Assembly (NCBI GenBank): GCA_052426225.1
Contig: JBNJNM010000012.1
Coordinates: 310,001-374,000 of the forward strand
Direction: 5' to 3'
DNA: 64,000 nucleotides
DNA from: Zancudomyces culisetae HAW-14-8
Lineage: Eukaryota; Fungi; Kickxellomycota
Made by a program: the position numbers and the translations under genes. This document shows positions 48,423-60,026 of the stretch, one piece after another. Every line of letters begins with the position of its first letter. Position 1 is the stretch's first letter. Under the pieces are notes generated by a model. It worked only from the letters and a program-made list of their open reading frames with translations. It made no database searches and was not told where the DNA came from.

Positions 48423-51400
48423 TCATTCATAGGCATCAGCATCCTCTTCACCTATGACCCTCAAGAACACTTCGTCTAGCGAGGTCTGGCTGATCCCCCA
48501 ATCTTCAATAAAATAGGCGGACTTGTTTACGCTAAGCTCTCTAAATATGGTGGACAAGAACCCTGTTTGTGTGCTAAACTCCCAAGTTATAATATTAGAG
48601 AAACTATCAATGATTCTCCCATTATTTTTTAATAACCTGCCAATGTACTCTTTACAATTTTCGATATGCTGAGACTTGGTATATACCGAAAGTAAATATC
48701 CATTTCCATAAAGCTGGCGGAGCTCGACTGGTGATCCGAGACACCGCATGGTTCCTTTAGCCATTATTCCGATTTTGTCGCAGAGTACCTCGGCTTCCTC
48801 CATGCTATGTGTGCTGATGACAATGGTCTTATCCTTCTTACCATCTTCTATAACTTTCCAAACAGTTCTGCGTACTTCAGGATCCAACCCTGTTGTAGGC
48901 TCATCAAGAAATACAACCGTAGGATTTCCCACAAAGGAAATGGCTATACTTAGCCTGCGCTTTTGTCCACCCGAAAGATGCTTTGCTTCCACTTCAGCAA
49001 ACTCTTTCAGGTCCACACTGGCAATTACTTTGCTTACTACATTTTTTTCCATTTGCGGAGATATGCCTTTCAGTCTTGCAAAAAAATAAAGATGCTCCGA
49101 AACAGTAAGGTTATCCCAAAGAATGTCGTGTTGGGGACATATGCCAATATGACGGTAGACCTGTGCAGTTTCAGTATTTATATCAAATCCTGCGATTTTT
49201 GCTGTTCCGGAACTCAGTTTGTACATTCCAGACACAATGGAAATAACTGTCGTTTTTCCGGCACCATTAGGTCCTAGGAGCCCGAAAATTTGTCCTTTGT
49301 CAACAGCAAGTGTGACATCTTTTACAGCAAGCTTTCCTGTTGGGTAAATTTTACGAAGTCCCTTAAATACCAATGGCGTATCTTTTGTGTATTCACCATT
49401 CATTACTCTTTCTCTCTCATTTTTAACATAGACATCCTCATATTCTAGCTCTGTTTTATCAAGCGCACCCAACCTCGCTACTTCAAGGTCTTTTCTCCTG
49501 AAAAAGTCTGAAATAAAAAAATGCCATGGTTTTTTGATCCCGTATTCCGATGGCAAAACCTGATTGAGGTACAGTGCCAAAAGGAGATACACAAACCAAC
49601 CAATAAGGAGCGCCATGAGACAAGAAAAAACCTCATCGCCTGGCACAATGTCTGAAAGTGTGTATGCAGGTCTAATGGTTGAGATAGATGCACCATTCAG
49701 TAAATCTAACACCCTAAAGGCTGCAAATGGAGGCCAGATAAGGTATGCCAACGGCACACCAGTGGGTATGATCTGTGAAATCGCATTGTTGATTCCTACG
49801 CTCCAAATAACCACAAGGTAGGTTATTACAAATGCCGAGCGGCTCCCTTTGAATATCGAACTAAAGAAAAAGGCCAACGCGATTTGGACATTGCTCCACA
49901 AGAAAAGCAGTAATACTAGTACTGAACTGCCTGTCTTTGTGAATAGTTCCAATTTAAATGCATATCCTCCCACCAAAAAGAAAAAGAAACATAAAACTGA
50001 AAGGATGAGGAAATGGACATAATTTGCAATATAATATGTGTAAAGTTTAAGTCCATTCATTTGCATCAACACCAGAATTCGTGCTTCCTTTTCTTTGACA
50101 AGCATAAGTGTGAATACAGCTATTAGCGAGGATATTCCTAGAGGGTTCAATAGAGCTCCAATTAATGCACTTATAGGCACTCTATAGCCTTGAAAAAATG
50201 CCTGTGGCATTGCTAATAGCCCATGTGATATTGTAGCACCCTGATCATTGCTAGCTGCTCTAAATAGCCCATTTCCTAGCTGTGTTTGTTGTACTATCAT
50301 TCTATCTATCGTTTCAGGAAATAAGCCAACCGAACTTATTTGAGAGTTGGTGCCTGTCTGTAACGTGTACTTCCAGCGCATGTTTTCGTTGTCTGCTTCA
50401 TCAAAAATGATTGCACCCCAAGGTACTAGTTCCAGTATACGTCCGACAATTGAAAAGTATCTTAGCATTTGGTTTCTGTTGTTCTGGTTGTTTGGGTTTA
50501 AACCCAAAACATAAAACTCACTGGGATCAATATCGGAAAGCTGGGATTTTACATTGGTGATGATATCCTTTAGTCTTGCGTCTATTTCTAGCGTAGTGGT
50601 ATTGTCAAAACTCATCGTGTCAAACCACGGTGCTGCAACTAACTTATTTGGTGCATACGTGCTGGTCCCTGCAACATTTAGCTCACCAACACCCATCCAA
50701 AAATTGGTGTCCAAACCTCCCAATATTCCTGTCGAGTTTCTAGAGTTTAAACTGTTCTGGACTTTGTCGCTGGATATAATCTGTTGAATCCCTGAGATGC
50801 TGGAGTTATTGGTGTCAAGAATCGATGAAACCGAAAGAGGAATCGGTTCCACTTTCCCCAGACGTCCTACCTGACCATTTGGGGAATCACGAACCAACGA
50901 CCAGTGAAGTTTCTGGTTTAAGAGATATTTCACTACATTTTTTGCAAGAAAACCTTGCCCGAACCATCCACCAAGAGGCTCAGGTTTTCCTGTCCTAATT
51001 GAGGGTGTATTGAATATTGCATTTTATTATGATTAAGAAAGAAATGCTAACTTTTAATGTATTTATTTCAACTGTAATATAGAGCTTTACTTACGTGTCT
51101 AATCTCACGGAAAGCGGCACTCGAGGGTCGTTTTTATACGGTGATGAAAAAGAATAAGTGTGTTCAAACTCCCATGCACAACTGGGAGTTCTATCCGCAA
51201 GCGTAAACATTCTAAACGTTCTTGTTTGATCTACTACATTCACTGGTAGGATGTAACTATTTGTAACATTAAATTTTCTGTTCCTGTACTTTGGATTGAA
51301 AGTATCACCAGAAACCGCAGGAATATCATTCCGTGACTTTGGTGGACTGGGCATATTGTAAGCGTCTGTATAGGCGATATTGGCGCACATCAAGTAACTT

Positions 51401-51600
51401 GATGCTACAAATCCCTTTGAAATAACATTTCTCAAGATTATTCCCAACACTGCTGCCGTAGTAACCATTAACAGTGGACACAATATCACACAAAATACAT
51501 TTACCACTATCTGTCGTTTTTGATAGACAACTTTACTTCTTGCTAGTGCTCTCAGCTGATACGACTTTCTTTTCAAAGCTATTTCCGAGTTATCGACCAT
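48423..51600 (-). CDS. Half-size ABCA-family transporter (TMD-NBD), paralog 2
   Basis: Exons 51600-51095 and 50994-48423. Motifs GPNGAGKT, CPQHDILW, LSGGQKRRLSIA, FLDEPTTGLDP and STHSMEEAEVLC. Colinear with the gene at 30726-34151. Confidence 0.93.
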
Positions 51601-53069
51601 GATTGAGGTTGATTAGGTGGATAAAAAATGTGACTGTGTATAACTCGCATCCATAGATAAGAGCTAAAAATATAGTACACTTGAACTAATATTTAATTTA
51701 ATGATGTTTTTATACTGTTCTTTGTAAATAAAAGAGTCAAGGGGGGAAAACAAAACAAAACAGAATATTAACAATGAGCGTTTTTTTTTATAAATGCTGA
51801 TTCATTACTGATTTATTACTAATTTATAATTTTCGTGGGTTATTACAAATCCAATATCTGGGGTTGGATAAACGTTGGATAACAAAGATACACTGAAGCC
51901 TAAAAAACAACGATATGTAGAGACTCCTCACATGACTGGATCAAAAAAGTTAAAGGTAGTGAATGCCTTGTTATTTATGGCTCTGTATATAGGTTTGCAT
52001 TTAAATATTTTATATCATTTTTTATTTAGTTAGCTTCTTAATAACGATAAATCTTAATGTAATAATAATATAATAATAATGATAATCTGAATTCTTTCTC
52101 ATCTTTAGGTCTTGAAACTCCCTAGTATGAAAAACTATAATAAACCAATTCTTTTCAGAAAGTAAAAACTTAGGACTTTATCATATGACTAGTAATAATT
52201 AACTTGGTTTATAAAATAGAACTGATAACGACTTTCTCAGTTCACACGCCTGATGCCTTAGTGATCTTTGGTCGCCGATCTCTGGTTTTCAATATTAAAC
52301 TACACGGATAGTTCATTAGAAAAACCTAGCAAGCCCAGCTTTGTTGCAAGCGTTTTAACCAAAAGAACTTTCCTCATCCTTAATATTTGAACAAAGCTAA
52401 CTTTATATTTATGGAAATTACAAATCATAGAGGCCAAGAAAGGAGCAAAAAAATAAAAATGACACTGGTATTTCGGTTTACAACACTAACGCATGCTTTA
52501 TAAACCCATTAGTAGGCGTTTGCTCTTTCTATGCTGATAGAGTAATGTATGGGGTGGTCTTTGATGTTTTGTGTGATGTTTACTTCATAATCTCATTATG
52601 CAAAAGCAATAAAATAAATAGGCGTGGTGTCATCTTTGGGTAATAAGAGACAGTACGTGACGGGTTTAGATTACAATTTTAGTCTCATCTACTATTGACA
52701 AAAATGAAAAGTCTCTTTTCCAATAATTTTTAGCCTAGGCTCGGCAAGGTTGCTAGGTTCCTACCCAAAATAAATGCAACAGTTGCTTTAAGTTTCTTAT
52801 ATTTAGCATCACGCGCACCAATTGCAAAGATATGATGCAAATATTTCCACAAATTCATACTTTTATCTTCAAAAAAGGTAATAAACATCCAGTGTTAATA
52901 AAACACTCGGGATAGACTATAGAGGAAAAAAAACAGTACATACATGAAAACCAAAAAATACACAAGACGTGTCAAAGTTGAGATTTAAACTACTGCATGG
53001 ATATAGCAAAATGTCAAATTAAAAGCCATAAATTAGAAAACATGTCTATCCTACAGGCATGTGCTGGAA

Positions 53070-54334
53070 CTAATTGTGTTCAGGCATTTGTGATTTAATA
53101 AAATCCCATTCCACAACTTTGACCGAAAAGTCATCAAAGCAGCTGCAGAGTTGATGCAATGGGCATTTTGTTGCTACAGCAAAGATATGCGTGGTGAGAG
53201 TATTGCCTGTTTTTACGCACCACGAATTTTTGTTAACGCTGTCGAATACCTATTTCGTTACAATTAACCAGTATACAATTGTATATGTCAGCAGCACCAA
53301 AAAAAACATTCTGAAAACCTAAACAATAAACAAAACTACCTTAAATACGTTGTTTTTGATAGCGTTGGGATTATAGGATATAGATTTGTAATCCATACCC
53401 AATCCTATGCCAGTTTGCTTGGATATGGCCTCTTTTACCGCCCAACATGTGAATAATATCTCTTCTGCTTGTCTGTATAGACCCATATTAACTAGATCCG
53501 TTATACAAGAAACTTCGGCAAGGCTAAACTATAATTAGTTAAGTGAAAAAGAATATAAAACTTTTAAAGCTTATACTTTTGTATTTAAAGAATGGATAAT
53601 TTAGGTAAAAGACCTGCTTGTTTAAAATATGTATAGTTTACTTGAGAACCGAGTTCGTTTAAAAAGGTAAGTAAATGTGTATTTCTAGGAACAGAAACGT
53701 GTGTGATATCGACACCCAACTCATTTTTTTGATCCACCCCAACTAACACCCATGGCCAATCATGCGAAATGTTAAAGTGTAAGGTACCCCATTCATCAAG
53801 AAACTTTTGGCTCTATGGTAGTATGTGTTATAAGGTTACTCCCTTTGTGAGCTTAAAAGTTGCCCAATATCTTTTCCAGGATTTATAGCCAATACGTCGA
53901 AATATGCTAATATATACACATATGGGGAGGGAGAAAGGAAGTAGTTACAAATTGTGGCTTGCCAAACTCTCCATTCCAAAACTCAACCGCGTTCCATAGT
54001 TCAAGTCTCTTTGATACGCCCTCGTTGTCCTCGGTACTTAGTAACTGGTTTTGTGTCATTACGCGCAAAATGAGCCGACTGACCATATGCATTATTGCGT
54101 CAGATTTTTTTTTAAATGAGGATGCTTTTTGTTGTTCAAGTTCGCTTAACCATGTTCGAAGATTCTGAAACTCCTAGTTATGTGTTAGTTGCGTTAGAGT
54201 CCTTTTTATAATAGTCGCATGTAAGATTTAATATGTATTAATGATTTATGGAAGAGTTTCAATTGGGATAACATTTATATTTAATCTACCGTATCAAAAT
54301 CAACATCCTGGACATTTACGGCCCATACTAGCAT
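53070..54334 (-). CDS. LYS5: Sfp-type 4'-phosphopantetheinyl transferase (Lys5/NpgA/AASDHPPT family), 266 aa, 5 exons
   Basis: Exons 54334-54290, 54173-53949, 53812-53642, 53528-53349 and 53249-53070, all phase 0. Motifs GEFGKP, HFNISHD, LGVDI and WAVKEAISKQTGIGL. Confidence 0.88.
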
Positions 54335-54770
54335 TGTGTACGTTTAGTGTAGTGTATATAGATGGGTTTTTTAAAATAAGCCACCATTTGGCCTGTTGTT
54401 AGGTAAATATTTTTTGTTTCCGCTTTTGCTGAATAAATGATATTGTCATCAATTTCTGACACCCAAAGATCCACGAACTAAAAAAAATCTTGGAGTATGA
54501 AAATAAGGCGTCCGCGATATAGTCTGAATCGCCTAACATATTTTATTAAACCAATTACATTTCCGCTTCGGAGGTGTAGAAAATCATTAAAAATTTTTTT
54601 TTAGTTGCAGACCAGTGTTAAAAGTTTTTTTTTAAATAGTAATAAATTGGAAAATTAAAAACCGAAATTCCAACACAAATCGAGCGATTAATATTGTGAA
54701 CGAAGAGAAAAATCAAATCAGGGGCACTGTAGACGATAAATAAAGCTAAACATATAATATACTAGGAAAA

Positions 54771-55989
54771 ATGGACACCGATACCAGAGAAATCTCAAGG
54801 ATGTGGAGAGTGTATAAAACTGTCCATCAAATGTGTAGGGATAGGGTAGGTGTTTTCATCATACTCTCACGAATTCTGTCTTTTGAATGTATGTTTTATG
54901 GAAATTTTGAACCTAGATTCTGGATGGAAAACTATAATAGGGATATTTAGTTGGACAAAGAGATTTGGACAGAGATTTAAATTCATTCAAGGAAGAATTT
55001 GCACCCAACAATGCAGTAGAGTAAGATTTTTTTTGTAAAATTCGAATGGTGTTATTAATATTATGACAGGCTCAAAAGGACAAATTGATGAGAGAGCGAG
55101 ATTGTGCATTTGTATATATCTGCGTATACCTAGCTTGTGATAAAAAAATACTTTACTTATTTGTTTATAACTTGTGGTAAAACATAGTCGAAACAGATTG
55201 ACTTTTTTGGTTCAAAAGAGAGATGATCCCTCAGATCAGATGCTTGTATTTTTCCCAGAAGATACCTCTGTAGGAATAAAGCCGATTAGAACGTGAGTAC
55301 AACGTTTTGGATATATTCTCGCTTTTTCATTTTAAACGAATCAAAGCAACACCTACGCATTATTCCACAAAAATGTATATTTAAAACATGAGGCATAAAA
55401 AAACTAAAACATTGGTTGTACTTGTGCAATTGCAAATAGATATGCAGAAAAGATGGTTGCTCAGGGAGTGACAAGGGGAATAATCGTTTACAGAAACAGC
55501 ATCACACCATCAGCAAATAAGGTAATTTTATTTGCTTTTCTTTTTATTATTCACTTGGTTCTAACCGGATAAAACTTTTGTTGAATAGATTTTGTCACAA
55601 ATGTCTTCAAAATACCAGATCGAAGCATTTAACGAGGCAGATCTCTTGGTAAATATAACACATCATGAGTTGGTTCCTAAGCATGTAATTCTAAGTACCG
55701 AGGAAAAGACAACGCTGCTCAAAAGATAGTAAGTTCACACTATTTTTTTTACTATAGCTGTAATTAGTCTGGGTTTGCAATGTTATAACATTTCTTGTAA
55801 TATTCTTTAACATGGTTTCCTTGCTTCTTAATACGCTAAACTAGCCATTTGAAAGAATCACAACTACCAAGAATTCAAGTTACAGATCCTGTGGCCAGAT
55901 ATTACGGAATGAAGAGAGGTCAAGTTGTAAAAATTATCCGAGCCTCTGAAACTGCCGGAAGATATCTAACTTATAGGCTCTGTCTATAA
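54771..55989 (+). CDS. RPB5: RNA polymerase I/II/III shared subunit RPABC1 (6 exons)
   Basis: Spliced translation [25 protein letters not shown]|GYLV...[17 protein letters not shown]...[42 protein letters not shown]. Confidence 0.96.
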
Positions 55990-56368
55990 TTTATTCCAAC
56001 CTTCTCTTTTTTCTTTTATTTTCCCCTTCACTGGTGTTCTGTATATTTTTCTTTTCCTGGCATCCTTTCTCAAGTTCACTAGAGAACATATCGGGCAACC
56101 CTGAGAAAGAAGCAAATCACATATCCGACCTCCTCTAGTGAATATAAGTTTCGCTGATTGTCTATTCTATTGGTATGCTCTCTGATTTATTTTATATTTT
56201 TTCAATAAACTCAATCTGAGATTCCTTTTTTTCGATATTCTCAGGAATAGTTTGAAGCTTCAAATATTGGAAATATCGTAGTATACAGTAGTTATCAAGT
56301 ATAATACAAGAAAGAAAAAAAGAAAGGGAAAGAAAAGGAAAGGAAAAAGAATATATACAAGTTGTAGG

Positions 56369-57100
56369 CTACCCAGAAAAGCTAAAAGTGTCTGCACTCG
56401 TCTTATAATGCAACATTTCGCTCGTGTGCTGAATAGCACCCAATTCTAGTAATGCGTCAAGGATTTTTTTTAGGCCTTTGCTGGTTACCTCGCCGCCTAT
56501 TTCACTTTGCAGCCTACCAAATGAAACCCCCTCGACTCTATTTGAAAACCTGTCTATGAGTTTGTACACAGTCGACATTGGATTCTTTTTAAATGCCTTT
56601 TCCCTTATGGCCATGTTTGATGTATTCAATTCAGAATGATCGCAATCAGTACCAGCTGTGTCGAGCTTTATCCTTTTGGAGGGGTATTCTTTGGTGCTAA
56701 TGTACTCGAGTATGACCGAAAGTCCATGATGAGTAATCTCATTATAATCACATATTGGTCTGATGTTGTGTGCAATTAGGATACGTTCTCCGAAATTTTC
56801 ATGCACCTCGCCGATAATTCGAACATATTTGTTCTTGATAATTTCAAGATCACCATCTAATTCTTTCCCATAAAAGATGTTGTACTCTTCTTTCAGATGA
56901 ACAAACACATATCCGGTTTCGTCTTCAATAATGTATTCTGCAGTATTCGACTTGTTGTTTATACTTGTGACAACACCTACAATCTCAACCAACTTGAGTT
57001 CTTCGTTATGAATATAAAACTTTTTTATTTTTTCCAAATACTTTGCTTTGAACACCTTTTTGATTTTAATGGGCTTAATTCTAACCTGCTCTGCATCCAT
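56369..57100 (-). CDS. RPA2 (RPA32)/Stn1-like OB-fold plus winged-helix ssDNA-binding protein
   Basis: OB fold VEIVGVV...YIIEDETG...YVRIIGEV...AHNIRPICDYNEITHHGLSVI. C-terminal winged helix EGVSFGRL...LDALLELGAIQHTSEMLHYKTS. Confidence 0.8.
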   Translation of the reverse strand: MDAEQVRIKPIKIKKVFKAKYLEKIKKFYIHNEELKLVEIVGVVTSINNKSNTAEYIIEDETGYVFVHLKEEYNIFYGKELDGDLEIIKNKYVRIIGEVHENFGERILIAHNIRPICDYNEITHHGLSVILEYISTKEYPSKRIKLDTAGTDCDHSELNTSNMAIREKAFKKNPMSTVYKLIDRFSNRVEGVSFGRLQSEIGGEVTSKGLKKILDALLELGAIQHTSEMLHYKTSADTFSFSG

Positions 57101-57851
57101 ATTATGAATCGGTAGTGTAAAGATTGTTTTAAAGAGGGGAATTGAATGGTAGTATGAACTCTATTTCAACACAAATTTTCCTCTTTTAGTTTTTGATTTC
57201 TTTATGATCACTGCCCCTGTATCAAATATCACTACTTAAAAGTTACCTATTCATTTCACATTGACGTATTTTAATACCTCCTAACGATAGTTCTTTATGT
57301 ATTTGAAGGATGCGTAGGTTTATGCGGAATATCTGAAATAAGGATCTGCCTCAAAAATATCAAATCGTAGATTAAACAAAAATATTCAAATTGTGCTTGC
57401 GGATCAGCAATTCAACATCAACAGCATTGTCCTTTGATATTATTGTTAGCTATTTGGTATTTTGTTTGCTTTTGTTTTGAAATAAAGCAGATTCACGAAA
57501 ACAGCTGAAATATCATGCAAGACATCAACTATTTCTTCAAGGATCGAATATAGAATTTATCACAACCCCTTTTGGGTGCTCAACCAATTTTCAAATTGCT
57601 CAAGATTTTGAGCTAGAGTAAATAAATTTTAACACAAAGATATTGGGTTCATTGAAATAATCAAACAGTTCGACTGACCAATAATGTCAATGGACAAATT
57701 AAATGCAAAAAAATTTTTTGTTAATGGTATTCAAGAGAATGAAACCCAAAATAAAAATTAAAACGAATTTTTAGACATAGTAAGTTCTAAAAGGGCAAAA
57801 TTTCCTTCTGTCGATATTTTGAATCTTAGAAGTAAAGGTTAGTTTGCAAAC

Positions 57852-58813
57852 ATGGCTGTCGGTAAAAACAAGTAAGTGTTATGATATCTTTGTGTATTGT
57901 TGTTAATTTAAGGCGGTTAAGGCGCTATCTAGGTGTTATATGTTTGCTGCTTGATCGCTTTAGATTCAAATAAATATGTAGCGATTGAAACTAGAAGTAT
58001 TTGAGGGAGAGATAGAAATTTGAATCCATAATCAACGTATAATTGAAATTATTAATTAGGCGTCTTTCAAAAGGAAAGAAGGGATTGAAGAAGAGAATTG
58101 TCGATCCTTACTCACGTAAAGATTGGTATGACATTCGTGCACCATCCATCTTCGAGGTTCGCAACATCGGAAAAACTCTTGTCAACCGTACCCAGGGTTT
58201 GAAAGAAGCAAACGACTATTTGAAGGGACGTTGTGTTGAGGCTTCATTGGGAGACTTGAACAAGGACGAGGAGAATGCTTTCAGAAAATTCAAGTTCAGA
58301 ATCGACGAAATCCACGGTCGCAACTGTCTCACAAGCTTCCACAGCATGAGCTTTACCTCAGACAAGATCAGATCATTGGTAAAGAAATGGCAAACTCTCA
58401 TTGAGGCTCATGTTGATGTAAAGACCAGCGACGGTTACTATATCCGTCTCTTTGCTATTGGTTTTACCAAGCGCCGTCCAAACCAAATCAAGAAGACCAC
58501 ATATGCCCAAACCTCACAAATCAAGGCTATCCGCAAGAAGATGTTCGATATCATGACCAAGGAGGCTACCTCATGCGACTTGAAGGAACTCGTTCAAAAG
58601 TTCATTCCAGAGTCAATTGGCCGTGAAATCGAAAAGGCATGCCAGGGAATTTACCCAATCCAAAACGTGTATGTCCACAAATGTAAGATCTTGAAGGCAC
58701 CAAAGTACGACCCACAGAGAGTATTGGAGCTCCACAGTGGTCTTGATGAAACCGGCACCAAGGTCACCAAGGGTGCTGACTTCAAAGAGCCAGAAGTCTT
58801 GCAAGAAGTCTAA
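57852..58813 (+). CDS. RPS1: 40S ribosomal protein eS1 (S3Ae)
   Basis: Exon 1 57852-57871 (MAVGKNK) and exon 2 58060-58813 ([28 protein letters not shown]...[19 protein letters not shown]). Strong codon bias. Confidence 0.98.
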
Positions 58814-60026
58814 TAACCTGTTTATTATATGAATATTATATATTTTTTACTACAACCTACATTATCTAATTTTTCAATAAATTAGTATTAATTCCTTGAT
58901 ATATCGCACTTTTTGGTTTTTCAATGCCAAGTGGGGAAGAGGGCAACATGACATGCCTGTCAATATTTTTGAGTTGGTGTTAGTGTAACTACTGAGGGGG
59001 GGAGAGGGAGTATCAGTATCACTACAGTATAACTCTTGTTTTTTTTTCGTGTGTAATGTTGTGGGATATCATATCACTCAAACTTTTGTCTCTACTGCAA
59101 GGAGCACAACTGCACAGAGAGTGTGAGATATTTAAAAAAATGGGTTAAAGAGATGGCTAGATGGTTCAACGATTTATGAAACTTTACACACCATACTTGC
59201 AAAGGAAGAGTGCTTTGCCGCACAACTTTCAAATTATCTATATGGCTTATTCTTGGATCTCATCACTACCTAGACCACCAGCCTTTTCTAGAACAGAACA
59301 ATACTGATAAAAAGTTAGTTGTTGGTTTGTAATTAGGCTATGGCTTTTGTGTACTTTAATTTGTTTTTTTTTGTTTGTTTAGTTTTATTTGCTAAAGCCA
59401 CGTTTATAAATATGCCTAAATAAAATGAGCTAAAGAATAGTAAAAAATTGTTTACATAACAAAAACACAAAATTCTAAATTCGAACTTCAAAATTCAAAA
59501 CGTTGAAAGGGCCGGTTACTTAGAGGGTTCAGGTATTTGATGTGAAAAATTTTCGATTCTCGTTTGCCTGATTTATTGAAGAAAAAAAAACATGTATATC
59601 GAACAAAAATTTTTTGGACAAACAAAAAAAAAATCAAAAAACCAAAAAGGTGTAATTACAATCAGAAATAATCAGAATTTCTGGACAATGAAATGAGCTC
59701 TTATTTCGAGTAAAGAAAATATCAAGTTTTATAAAAACATACGTGGAAGAGTGATAGCTAGATTTATAAAATAGTAGTATTGATACTAAATCGCAATTTA
59801 ATACACGCACCAGCGCCATTATATTTTACCTTAATATACTTATTGACAAATCTATCAGAGCAATATAAGCTTCAACAAATGAACAATTTTCGGTGAAATA
59901 CCAGAGGTTCAGAAGGAAAGCATTCTAGTTGGTAAACGAAATCGGAAATTACTCAACATTTCAGCGAGGAATGTTTGAGACACACAGGTGTAAAGGAATA
60001 GAGAATTAAAAGGAGATACAAACGCC

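Noticed and set aside
57872-58059. Intronic C/D snoRNA in RPS1
   Set aside because: A small hairpin is present, but no canonical box C (RUGAUGA) and box D (CUGA) pair.
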